Positions 43,668 to 55,138 of a DNA stretch of 64,000 bases are shown here, piece by piece. The DNA is from Rebecca billardiae RCC1528 (Eukaryota > Protista > Haptophyta): positions 62,001 through 126,000 of the forward strand of contig OZ251242.1 in NCBI GenBank assembly GCA_965240325.2. Reading direction: 5' to 3'. The position numbers and the translations under genes are program-made. Every line of letters starts with the position of its first letter. Position 1 is the stretch's first letter. Below the pieces are notes generated by a model, which did not search any database, was not told the origin of the DNA, and saw nothing but the letters and a program-made list of their open reading frames with translations.

Positions 43668-45361
43668 TGCGCGTGCGCTGCGCGTGCGCTGCGCGTGCGC
43701 GGCGCGTGCGCTGCGCACCATCCAGTCCGCCTCGCTCTTGGCGATGAAGTGGTAGGGCGTGGTGCGGTGCACGAAGATATGCACAAACAGACGGCCGCCC
43801 TCGCGCAGCGCCTGCGCGCGCGAGCGCACACGCACGCACGGCGGCGGCGGCGGCGGCGGCGGCGGGCGGCGGCGGCGTGAGCGCGCGTGGCGCAGCAGCG
43901 GCGGCGCGCAGCGCACGGCACAGCGCGGGCGCCCGCGCCCAGCCCGCCCTGCCCCGCGCAGCGCACGCCCGCGCGGCCCCCGCGCACCTCCGCGACGTTT
44001 CCGAGAAGCTTCTGGTAGTTCTTCATATGCTCCAGCATCTCAAGCGACACGACGCGGTCAAAGAGCGGGCGGCCGCCCACGCCGCGCAGCGCGCCCAGCG
44101 CCTCGCGCGCCGCGTCGGCGAAGGGGGCGCGCGAGACGTCGCACGTGACCACGTCGATGTTGCTCAGCCCGCGCCGCTTCGCGTCCGCGAGGATGTGCGC
44201 GCGCTGCGAGTGCGAGTTGGACACGCCGACGACAAAGGCCGACGGCAGACGGGACGCGTAGTGCAGCGCGCCCGAGCCCCAGCCGCAGCCGAGGTCGAGG
44301 ATCGCCATGCCGCCCGCCATGCCGCTCCGCGCCATCACCTCGTCGAGCGAGTCGATCTCCGCCTGCGGCAGCAGCGCCGCCGCGTCGCGCGCCCGCGCGC
44401 CCGGCCTGAACTTGCAGCACGAGTACTTGCGCGCCGGGCCTGCGCGCGCGGTGGGGCGTGCGCGGAGGGGCGCGCGCGGTGGGGCGCGCGCGGAGGGGCG
44501 TGCGCGCGCGCGCGCGCGGCGGTGTGTCGATGGCGCGGGTGAGCCGAGTCGACTGCGCCGTGCGCGCGTGTGCGTGCGCGTGCGTGTGTGTGGGAGCACG
44601 TGCGTATGCGCACGTGTGCGTGTACGTGCGTATGCGTGTGCGCGTGCGCACATGCGCACATGCGCGCGCGCGCGCGTGTCGCGCGCGTGTGCGCGTGCGC
44701 GCGTGTGCACGCGTGCGCGCGTGCGCGCGCACCGAGGCAAATGTCGTAGAACTGCGCGCTCACCTCGTAGTGCTGCTCGTTGGCGGCGGTGGTGTGCACC
44801 GCGATCGGCATGGTCTTGAGCTCGTCCACGAACGCCTGCGTCAGCTCCTGCGGCGCCCGCCCGCCACGGCACGGCACAGAAGGGGGCGGGCGACGGCGCG
44901 CGCGAGGCTCAGCGCCGCGCCGCGCCGCGGGCGCGCGCGCCGGCGCCCGCGCGCGGCGCGCGCGCGGCGCGGGCGCGGCGCGGGCACCTGGCTGCGCTCG
45001 ACGCCGGGCGCCTCCGCCTCCATCTCGGCGAGCTTCTGCGCGCAGAACTTGCGGATCGCGATCCGCGTGAGCGCGTCCGGCACCAGCCCGCGGTCGAGCA
45101 TCGCGTGCCCCGCGTGCCGCACCGCGTCCCACGCGCCGCGGCGCGCGGCGAGCGCGCGCAGCGTGGACGCGCCGCCGAGCGCGAGCGTGGCGATGCCGAC
45201 GGGAAGTGCGGCGAGCCCGCCCGTCGCGGCGACGGCGAGCGCGGCGGGCGCGACGACGTAGGTGAGCGCGCGGCTCAGCACGCCGCCGCCCGCCGCGCCG
45301 CCCCCGCCCGGCTCCGCCGCGCCCGCGTCGTACAGCTCGCCGCCGCCGCGCACGCGCGAGA

Positions 45362-45395
<34 letters not shown>

Positions 45396-47955
45396 GCCGC
45401 CGCCCCCGCCGCCGCCATTCTTCTGCGGCTTGGCGTAGAGCAGCTGCTGCACGTCGATGTGCCGCGCGGCGAAGCCGGCCTCGCAGTACGCAAAGTAGTA
45501 GTCGAACTTGCGCGCGAAGCACCCGTCGAACGCGCCGCGCGTCGACACGCCGCCGGCCGCGTTCGCCTCGACCGACGGCGCGGCGCGCAGCGCGCCGACC
45601 GCCGGCAGCGCGGCCGCAAACGCGCGCCGCCAGATGGCGAGCGTCTTGGCGTACGAGAGGCCGAGCGAGCGCGTGCGCGCGTGCACGGGCTGCAGCCCCG
45701 CGCGCGCCGCGCACGCCGCCAGCACGCGCGGGCACGGCAGGTGGCTCCCCGGGAAGATGTGCTTCCGGATAAAGTCGGAGCCCCTCGAGTAGGAGGCGTA
45801 ACGGCCGTCTGGGACAAGGATCGCCTGGATGGCCGCGCGCCCGCCCGGCCGGAGCGCGCCGGCGATGGCGGCGTAGTAGGCGGGGAGGTAGGCGTGGCCG
45901 ACGGCCTCGACCATCTCGATCGAGAGCACCTTGTCGAACGACCCCGCGCCGAACTTGGCCACCGCCTCGCGGTAGTCGCACAGCAGCAGGCTGACCTTGG
46001 CCTCCAGCCCGGCCGCCTTGACGCGGGCGCGCGCCTCTTCGAGCTGCTCGACCGAGAGGGTGAGGCCGACCCACTCGCAGCCGAAGCGCTGGACGCAGCG
46101 GATGGCGGCGGAGCCCCAGCCGCAGCCGATCTCGAGCACGCGGTCGGTGGGCTGCAGCTCGAGCAGCGCCGCCATCGCGTCGAGCTTCGCCAGCTGCCCT
46201 TCATGCAGCGCCGAGCCCGCGCCCACGCCGCACGGCGGCAGCGCGCGCTGCAGCGCGACGTCGTCCTCGAAGAGCGCCGACGAGTAGGTCATCGTCGGGT
46301 CGAGGAAGGCGGCGAACATGGCGTTGGAGAGGTCGTAGTGCGCGGAGACGTTGCGCCCCGAGCCCTTGCCCAGCGAGTTGGGCTGCAGCGCGTGCAGCCC
46401 CGCGTTCCACAGCCGCGCCACGCTCAGCCGCGCCACGCTGAGCGCGAGCGGGGAGTCGAACTGCGCGCCCGCGGCGGCGGTGGCGGCCGCCGTGTTCCAG
46501 AGGGCGGCGCGGAAGAAGTCGACGAGGTCGGGGCCGACGGAGAGCTCGCCCGCGATGTACGCCTCGGCGAGGCCCATCCCCGGGTCAGCGAGCATGCGCC
46601 ACAGCGCGCGCTCGTGCGTCGCGCGCACCACCACCTCCTCGCAGCCGCCCCAGGCGCCGTTGTTTGCGTCACCAAAAGCGCCCGCCACGCGCACCGCGGC
46701 CGCGTTGGGCGCGGCCGCGGGGCCGCACGGCGCGCCGTCGCCGAGCAGCAGCTCGGAGCCGTCGGGGAGGACGAGGCGCGCGGTGCCCGCGCGGAAGAGC
46801 GAGCCGAGCCCGCGGCGCAGCAGCGGCACCACCAGCCAGCGCGTGAGCGCGTGCAGCTCGGGCGAGCACGGCGGCGGCGGCGGCGGCACGCGCGCGCCCA
46901 GAAGCTCGGCGACGCGCGCGCCCGAGCGCACGCCGTCCTCGTGGAAGCCGGCGTCCGTCCACGCGCCGCACGCGTACACGCCGCCCGCGCCCTGCGCGGC
47001 GCCGAGCGCGGCGCGCGCCGCGACCGCGTCCGTCGCGAGGCTCGGGTGCGCCATGCGCATGCGCCGCCACACGTGCCCCGCGCCCACCAGCCCGGGCGGC
47101 GGGTTGAGAGTCACAAGCACGTGCTCGCGCCCCGCGGGGCCGGTGACGGCCTGCAGCGCGTTCGCCCAGTACGTGACGGTGACGGACGGGGCGGCGTCGG
47201 CGGTGGCGCTGGGGCGGGAGAGGTAGTTCCACGCCGCCCAGCACCGCGCGTCCGCCGGCATCGCGCGCACGTCCGAGTGCACCACCACGTCGTTCTCGGT
47301 GCAGTCAAACTGCGCGAGCGCGGACGCGAGAGGCGCGGCGCCGGGCGCGCGCGTGGCGCCGTGGCGGAGGATGGCGGCGGCGTCGCGCGCGTGCACGGCG
47401 AGGACGACGGCGTCGAAGGCGCGGCCGGCGCACAGCGCCGCGCCGCCCTCGTCGAGCAGCGTGAGCGCGCGCCCGCCGCCCGCCGCCTCGCCGCCGTCCA
47501 CGATCGCGCCGACGCGCGCGCCCGTCACCACCGCGCCGGGCGGCAGCGCGGCATGCAGCCTCGCCACGTAGTCGGCGGAGCGGTGCTTGGGCGTGCGCCA
47601 GCGCGGGCGCGTGCGCTGCAGCATGCAGTGGTTGTCGAGGAACGCGAGCACCGCCAGCATCGAGAAGCCGTCCACACCCTCCCGCGGCGCCGACCAGATG
47701 CTCGCCACCATCGGGTAGAAGTAGCGCGCGCGGAACGAGGCGGAGTAGCGCCGCGCGCCCAGCCACTGCGCGACGCTCTCGAGCGCCGCGGCGTTCTGCG
47801 AGGCGACGGGGGCGGCGCGCGCGGCGCGGACGTACGCGCGCGCGTCGCGCTCAAAGGCGAGGATGCCGAGGAAGAGCGCCCAGCGCGACGGCGAGAGCAG
47901 CGAGCCCCAGCTCGGGAACGGCGCCTTGGACGACCATTCAAACAGCGGCGCGGAC

Positions 47956-47991
<36 letters not shown>

Positions 47992-50608
47992 GCAGAGGAC
48001 GGCTGCTGCTGCACGCTCGCGGACAGGCTCATGTCCGACTGGATGGTGAGCACGCCCAGCTCGTCGAAGAGCTGCGTCAGCCGCGGGTAGTTGAGCAGGT
48101 TGAACACCTGGAAGCCCACGTCCACCCGAGGCCCGTCGCCGTCGCCGCCGTCGCCGCCGCCGCCGCCTCGGCCGAGGCTGAGTGTGTGCGCGTGCCCGCC
48201 CGCCCGCCCCGCGTCCGCCTCGAGCAGCGTGACGTCGTGCGAGTGGCGCAGGTAGTACGCGGCGGCGTGGCCCGCGATGCCCGAGCCGACCACGGCGACG
48301 GAGGGGCGGCGCGGGGGCGAGGGCGCGCCGGCAGAGCCGCGCGCGCCCGCCGCCGCCGTGCCGCCGCCGGCTGGCGAGGGCGGCGCCGGCGGCGCGCCCG
48401 CCGCGGCCGCGCCCGCCGCGGCCGCGAAGACGCGCGCGGGCGCAAAGCCCGCCGGCGGCGCGGGCGCGCCGCCGCCGCCACTGCCGCCGCCCGGCGCGCC
48501 GCCCGCCCCGCCGCCCGCCGGCGCGGCGTCGGCGGGCGCGCTCTGCGGCGCGCGCCGCTGCACGCGCGCGCGCCGCGCGCCGCCGCGCGCCGCGCGCCGC
48601 GCGCGCACGCCGAGCGCGGCGGCGCACAGCGCGAGCGCCGCGCACGCCGCCGCGGCCGGCGCCGCGCCCACGCCGCCGGGCGGCGCGGCGCCGCCCGCGC
48701 CGAGCAGCGCCGCGCCCAGCGCGAGCGACAGCGCGAGCACCGCGGGCCCGCCGTGCACGAGCGCCGCGAGCGCGCGCGACGCGGCCGTTTTTGTGCCCTT
48801 GGGGTGCGGGAAGAATGTGGCGCCGCGCCAGAGCAGCATGGCGGCCTGCGCGTGGATGCGCCACTGCACGGCGTGCGGCAGCAGCGGCGCGGTGCGCAGC
48901 AGCCACAGCGCGCCGCGCGCGTCGAGCGGCCGCGCGCGCGCCATGCTCACACCCGCGGCGAACACGCGGAGCTGCGGCGGCGGCGGCGGCTGCGGCGCCC
49001 CCGGCGGCGGCTGCGGCGCCCCCGCGGCCGCGCCGCCGCCGCCGCCGCCGCCAGCCGGGCCGATGGCCGGGCACACGCCGCCGCCGCTGCCGCCCTCGCC
49101 GTGCTCGAGCAGCTCGACGCGCAGGCTGAGCGCCTCCGCGGGCGCGGCCATCGTCCACACCATGGCCTGCGCCATCGGCATGAAGGGCGACACGTGCATC
49201 GCCTTGCCCACCTGCACGCGCACGCCGTCCAGCGCCTCGGGCAGCCGGGGCGGCGCGGCGGGCTCGGCGGTGGTATTGGCGGCCGGCTCGGCCGCGCCGC
49301 GCGCCGCGCCCCCCGCGGCCGGGTGCTGCGCGAGGCGCACGCCCTCGCCCCCCTCCGCGCCGCCCATCAGCACGTATAACGCCTCCTCCCCCCACGGCGT
49401 GTTGGACACCTCAAGCACCGCGCCGCGCAGCAGCGGCGCGTGCGCGCGCAGCGCGGCGGAGACGCGCTGCGCGGACGCGGAGGGGGCGTGCTCGGCCGAG
49501 GCCGCGCCGAGCGCGGCGCCGAGCGCGGCGCCGATCGCGCCCGCCTCGGCGCCGCCGCCATCGCCGCCGCCGCCGCCGCCGTCCGCGCCGCCGCCGCCGT
49601 CCGCGCCGCCGCCGCCGTCCGCGCCGCCGCCGCCGTCCGCGCCGCCTTCGCCTTCGCCCTCGCCCGCGCGTGCGTCGGTGGTGAGCAGGTAGAGCGAGAC
49701 CGGGTTGAACGTGTACCCCGCGTGGCGCAGGTGCGTGAGCAGCAGCAGCCGGCACGCGCCGCCCTCCGCGGGCGCGCGCAGCACCTCCGCGCGCGCGGCC
49801 GCGCTCGGCGCGCGCTCGGCGAGCAGCGCGCGCACGCGGCGCGCGAGCGCGGCCGCGGGGTGTTCCGAGGGTGCCGCGCCCGCCGCGCCGCCGCCGAGCG
49901 AGCGCAGGTGGTCCTCCGCGCGGAAGGCGAGCGGCGCGGCGCGCGAGCCGTCCGTGCACAGCAGCCAGCGCGGGCACGGCAGCGCGCCCGCGCCCACCTC
50001 GTCCAGGTCGAGGCACACCCATGGCAGCCGATACGAAAACGCATGGGCCACGCCCTCGGAGGAGGTGCCGGCGGTGGGCGCGCGCGCGTGCCAGACCGTG
50101 CCGGCGTACACGCACGAGCGCGGGCGCGCGGCGCGCGGCGCGGGCGCGGCGGGCGCGGCGGGCGCCGCGCCCGCGCCGCGCGCGCCGGCCGCGCCGCCAG
50201 CGGCCGAGCGCGCGGCGGACGCGGCCGCGCCGGCCGCGGGCGCGTCGGCGGCCGCGCCGCCGCCCGCGTTGGCGTCGGCGTTGGCGGCGACGGCCTCCGC
50301 CGCCGCGTCCTCCGCGAGCTGCTGCTCGCGCACCTGCCGCACCAGCTCCCAGTGCGCGCCCAGCGCCGCGCCCATCGACGGCAGCGCCGTGTACGCCACG
50401 CCGTGCGCCGCGCACACGGCCGCCACGATCCGCTGCACCGCGCGCAGGTGGCAGTGGTTGACGGTTGGGAACATGTGGTGCGCGACTTGCAGGTTGAGCC
50501 CGCCGGAGAAGAAGAAGACGAAGGAGGCGCAGCACCGCGCGTACAGCGCGGAGAGCCGCGCGCCCAGCGCACAGCCCGCGCCCGAGCCCTCCGCCGCCGG
50601 CACCGCGC

Positions 50609-50641
<33 letters not shown>

Positions 50642-52166
50642 GCGCGCCCTTGCCCGCACCCGCCGCGTCGGCCGCGTCGGCCTCGGAGTCGGAGGCGGAG
50701 GAGGCGGCGTCGGAGGTGAGGTGCTCGTCGAGCAGCGGCGCGCGCGGCACCGCGCCGCCGCCGCCCGGCCGCCGCGCCTTCGCGCCGAGCACGGCAAAGT
50801 CGTTCGCCGTGCGCGCCTGGTGCTCGTAGAAGCAGAGCGGAGCGCCGCCCGCGCTCACGAGGTCGGACGCCACGGAGTCGGACGCGGCGGAGGAGGAGGC
50901 GGCGGAGGAGGCGGAGGAGGCGGAGGCGGCGGCTGGCGGGAGCGAGGCGCGGGAGGAGGAGGAGGCGGAGGAGGGCGGCGCGCTGGGGGAGCACGCGCCG
51001 GCCGAGGGGCACGGCACGGCGGACGGCGCGCCGCCGAGCGCGCCCAGCGCCGCCGCGCCGCCCGCGCGTCCCACGGGCGAAGCGGCCGACGCCGCCGCCG
51101 CCTTTGCGCGCGCGGCGGCGACGGCCGCCTCGGCGGCGTCGGCGGCGTCGGGCGTGAGGTGCGCGACCTGCGTGATCGCCATGAACGTGACCGACGAGAT
51201 CGCCGCGGGCACGCCCGCCCACACCGCCGCGCGGCCGAGCGGCCACACGGCGAACGGCCAGCCGTACGACAGCCACAGCAGCGCGGCCCAGCGACACACG
51301 TACTGCGCGCGCTCGGCGGCGGAGAGCGGCATGGCGTCGACGGCGTAGTTGTACGAGCCGGTGAGGAGCAGCCGCGCGGGCGCGAGGAGGTGCAGCCCGA
51401 GCGGCACCGCCACCGCCCAGAGCAGCGGCAGCAGCACCACCGCCGCGCCCGTGGGCACGCGCCGCCAGCGGTGCAGGTGCGCGTAGTCCGGGTCGTGTCC
51501 CGGAACGTTCGTGTGCACGTGGTGCCCGATCACGTGCTGGTGCGCCCAGTTGTACGGCGCGGCGATGGAGAAGCCGAGCGCGGTGCCGAGCGTGTTCACC
51601 CACGCCCGCGTCGACAGCGCCCCGTGCGACGCGTCGTGGAACACGTTGAACGTCGCCGCCGAGCCGACGAGCGGCAGCGCGAGCAGCGACCACCAGCGTC
51701 CGGCAAACCACGCGGCCGCGCAGCACGCGTACGCGGCGAGGAGGGCGAGGACGAGCGCCCACTTGGGGCCGTCGGCCTTGGTCACCGCGCGCAGGCTCAC
51801 GCCCTTCGCCGCCGCCAGCCCCTCGAAGTGCGCGCGCACCGCGCCGCGCACGTCGCGCGCGAGCGGCGAGAGCTCGGTCCACTCGAACGGCGGCGCGCCG
51901 GACGGGCGCGGGACGTCGTCGGGGTGCACGGAGGCGGGGTCGATGCGGTAGCGGGCGAGGGTGCGCTGCAGCGCGCCGCGCTCGCTCAGCGCGTGCACGC
52001 TCTCGAACAGCTCCGTCGCGTCGCGCGCGTACGCCATCCGCAGCATCTGCGCGCCGCCCGGGTGCGTCGACTCGAACGGCGCGAGGTCGTAGAGCGCGCC
52101 GTGGATGAGGCTGAGCGCGCGCCGGCCGGGCGCCGGAGCGCCGGCGGGGCGCGGGCGGGCGTCCAT
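43224..52166 (-). CDS. Multidomain fatty-acid-modifying enzyme: cytochrome b5 - front-end desaturase - DUF1365 - FAD oxidoreductase - CFA-synthase-type methyltransferase - TM linker - CNMT-like methyltransferase (~2723 aa); exons 52166-44988, 44847-44733, 44439-43988, 43811-43719 and 43556-43224
   Basis: HPGG (cyt b5). His boxes HDASH, HVIGHH and QVAHH. DUF1365 motifs Y.G.VWHAR...[32 protein letters not shown] and IH.QA..L. FAD domain [28 protein letters not shown] and GAW...GFHEDG. CFA domain [37 protein letters not shown] and FIRKHIFPG. Second methyltransferase [54 protein letters not shown] and W..F..ACAEL.GY.GG. Four canonical GT-AG introns keep the frame. Confidence 0.88.
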
Positions 52167-52825
52167 CGGCGGCGGGCGGTCGGGCGGAGGGTGGGCTGGC
52201 GCGGAGCGCGCGCGAGTGTGCGCAGGCGAATTGCCACGTGCGAATGTCGTGTGTGCCGGGGCTGGCCAAGCCACGCGAGGCCGCGCGAAAGGCCGAAGGC
52301 GTCTCGGCAGCAGCTGGATACCTTTGGCAGCCGCCGCCGCCCGGACGCGCTCGCTTTTCTACGGGGTGCGTACGCGCCGCGCCCAGTGCGGCGCGCCGGC
52401 GCCCGGAGCGCTGCGCACGTCACCTTTTCGCCAATCGCTGAGCCGCATCGCGGGTAGGTCGAGCCGCGGAGCCCAGGCGTACGCACCCCGTGCGCCCGCT
52501 AGTTGGAAGTCCGATGCAGCATCATACTCGGCTTTGATCTCGCGCGCGCGCGAGCCGGCACCTTCTCCAGTGTTCGCTTCGCCACCACACGCTCCGAGCG
52601 ACCCCGACTCCCGTCGGCGGCTGTGCCGGGCGAGTTCTCGAGGAGAGTCTGAGATCGAGCTGCTGCCGACCACTCGACCAGCCTCATGAGCAATCTAAAT
52701 CGATCACGATGGCAGAGCGATTCGGCGGCCCGCGTGGCTACAGTAGTGGCAGACCGCCTTGGGCGCTCTGTCTCGCGCGCCGCCGTGCCGCCCACACCGC
52801 ACGCCGCGCGCGCGGCGCGCACACG

Positions 52826-53605
52826 CTAGAGCGCGCTCTTCGAGAGGTACTCGAGCAGGTCGACACTGTGTCCGCCATGCTGACGCACCACCAGCCGCTC
52901 GTCCGCAATCCCGAGCTCGAGCCGGCTCTTGCCCAGCCGGTACACGTTCGGGCCCTCGCCCGGCTGCTTCCAGAGGGGGAGCGGCACGCCGCTCTGGCGG
53001 AAGCGCTGCTTGAGCGAGCTCACGTGCGCCTCGAGCATCGCGCCCGCGGAGCCGTCGTCCGCCGCGCCCGTCTCGCCGCCGCCGCCGCCGCCGCGCTCGC
53101 TGCCGCCGCCCGCGTGCTCGCGCGGGGTGAGCGGCACGCCGTACGGCATGGCCCACCGGTCGTCGAAGAGGCGCGTGCCGCTCTCCCCACCCGCGCCGCC
53201 GCCCACCGAGCCGTACGCCGCCGCCGACGCGCCCGGCGAGCCCTGCTGCTGGAAGGACTGCAGCTGCAGCGGCGACGAGTGCGGCGGCGGCGAGGGCGCG
53301 TGCAGCGGCTGCGCGTACGGCGCGCGCGCCGCGCGCTCGAGGGGCTCGAGCTGCTGCTGCAGGTAGTCCACCTTGCCCGAGAGCTGCTCCGCCAGCGCCT
53401 GCGACGCCACCGCCAGCCCGCGCTGCACGCGCACCTCGGTCGAGAGATCGTCGATCGCGCTCGCCGCCTCGAGCAGGAGCGACGCAACGTCGGAGTGCGG
53501 CGAGCCGGCGTGCGCGAAGACGGCGGAGGCGGCGCGCAGCTGCTTCGCCAGCACGCGCGCCTCGTCCGCGCCGCGCTCCTCCAGGTACGCGCGGTGCGTC
53601 GACAT
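52826..53605 (-). CDS. Coiled-coil protein with a C-terminal GAR/Gas2-like motif
   Basis: Heptad-rich N-terminal half. The C-terminal G.NVYRLG.......ERLVVR.HGG..VDLLEYL resembles the GAR consensus (YRFG...VMVRVGGGW..L.EFL). Confidence 0.5.
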   Translation of the reverse strand: MSTHRAYLEERGADEARVLAKQLRAASAVFAHAGSPHSDVASLLLEAASAIDDLSTEVRVQRGLAVASQALAEQLSGKVDYLQQQLEPLERAARAPYAQPLHAPSPPPHSSPLQLQSFQQQGSPGASAAAYGSVGGGAGGESGTRLFDDRWAMPYGVPLTPREHAGGGSERGGGGGGETGAADDGSAGAMLEAHVSSLKQRFRQSGVPLPLWKQPGEGPNVYRLGKSRLELGIADERLVVRQHGGHSVDLLEYLSKSAL

Positions 53606-53690
53606 GCCCGCTCGGCGCGCGCCCCACGCCAGCCGATCGCCCCACGCACAAATCCAAAACGAGCGTGTTGACGGCGCTGGTGGCGGCACG

Positions 53691-55138
53691 ATGGCGGCCC
53701 GTCGCGCGCGCTGGCTCGTGCTGCTGCTCGGCGCGCTGACGCCGCTCCTGCGCGCCGACAGCGAGGCTTCGTCGGCCGCGCCCGCCGACGGCCCGTGGAT
53801 CTACTGCCGCCACTGCGGCGCGCCGCTGCTGCCGTGCACGCACCTCGAGCACGTGCCCTCGCCGCGCGCGCGGGTGCGGCCGCGGCGCGCCGCCGAGCGC
53901 CGAGCCGCGCCGTCGCGCGCGCGCGCGGCCGGGCGCGCGCCGACCGCCCCCGGGCCCGCGGCCGCGCGACGCGCCGGCGGCGCGCACGCCCTCGCCCTCG
54001 CCGCCGCAGGGCAACCAGACGGTCCGCGCCTGCGGGCACGAGCACGCCGCGCAGGCGGTGCCGCATCCGCTCGGCCGGCTTGCGCTCACCGTGCGCGCGC
54101 CCTTCGAGGCCGAGATCGAGGCGTCGGGCGCGAGCTTCGTCAGCCCGTCGTACCTGCACGCGGTGACGGCGGAGCTCGCGCTCGTCAGCCCGGAGCACGC
54201 GTGCGCCCCCTTCATCTCGCGCTCCGCCCTCGCGGGCAAGCTCGCGCTCGCGCGCCGCGGCGGCTGCACGTTCCACCAGAAGGCGGCGCACGTGCAGGGC
54301 GCGGGCGCGGTCGGGCTGGTGGTGATGGACTCGGAGTCCGGGCCGATCGCGGGGTTCACGATGTCCGGTGCGGCCGCGCCCGGCCCAGCGCCGCTGCGCC
54401 CAGCGCCGTCCAGCGCCGCGCCGCGCGCCGCCGGTCCGAGCCTCGCGCTCGCGCCCCCCCCTGCCCCCGGCGTGCGGCCCCGCGGCTGCGTTGGCGCGCG
54501 GCGGCGTGCCGGGCGCAGGGCCGGAGGCCGAGGTGAGCGGCGTGCACATCGGCGTGGGGATCATCTCGCGCGAGGACAGCGCGGCGCTGCTGCACAACAT
54601 GCGCCGCGCGCGCACGCCCACCTACGCCACGCTCGGCGGCTTCGCCCGCACCGTGCTGACCGCGCGCGCGCACAAGGGCCTCTGGCACGACCCGCTCCCG
54701 GGCACGGGCGCGGCGCGGCAGCGCGCGGTCTCGTGGTTCCCGAGCCACAACTTCCGGCTGAGCAAGTGCCGCGTGTGCAACGCGCAGGTGGGCTTCTTCT
54801 TCAACCGCACCGCGGCGGTGGACGCCGGCGCCGCGCACGCCTGCGCCGCCCACGCCGCGCCGCCGCCGGGCTCGTCGGGCGCGGCGGCGGACGGCGAGGG
54901 CGGCGCTGCAGCAGCGGCCGGCGCGCGCGGCCAGCCGACGGCAGACGGCGACGCGGCCGGCGAGCCTGGCGAACCGGCGGCCGCCGCCTCGTGCGACCCC
55001 GCCCATGCCGCCGCGGCGGAGCGCTCGGGTGGCGCGCCCGCGCCGCGCGTGTTCCACGCGCTGTTCGCCGAAGACGTCGCGGACGCGCGGCTGCTGCGCG
55101 GCATGCTGGGGCGCATGCACACGGCGCCGGTGCTCTGA
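53691..55138 (+). CDS. Signal-peptide protein with a CULT (cereblon/yippee-like) domain interrupted by a PA domain; exons 53691-53873, 54010-54367 and 54519-55138
   Basis: IYCRHCG...HPLG, then a PA domain (ACAP...GKLALARRGGCTFHQKA..VQ.AGA.GLVV.D...IGVGIISRED), then SWFPSHNFRLSKCRVCNAQVGFFF...FHAL. Two GT-AG introns join the frames. Confidence 0.72.
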
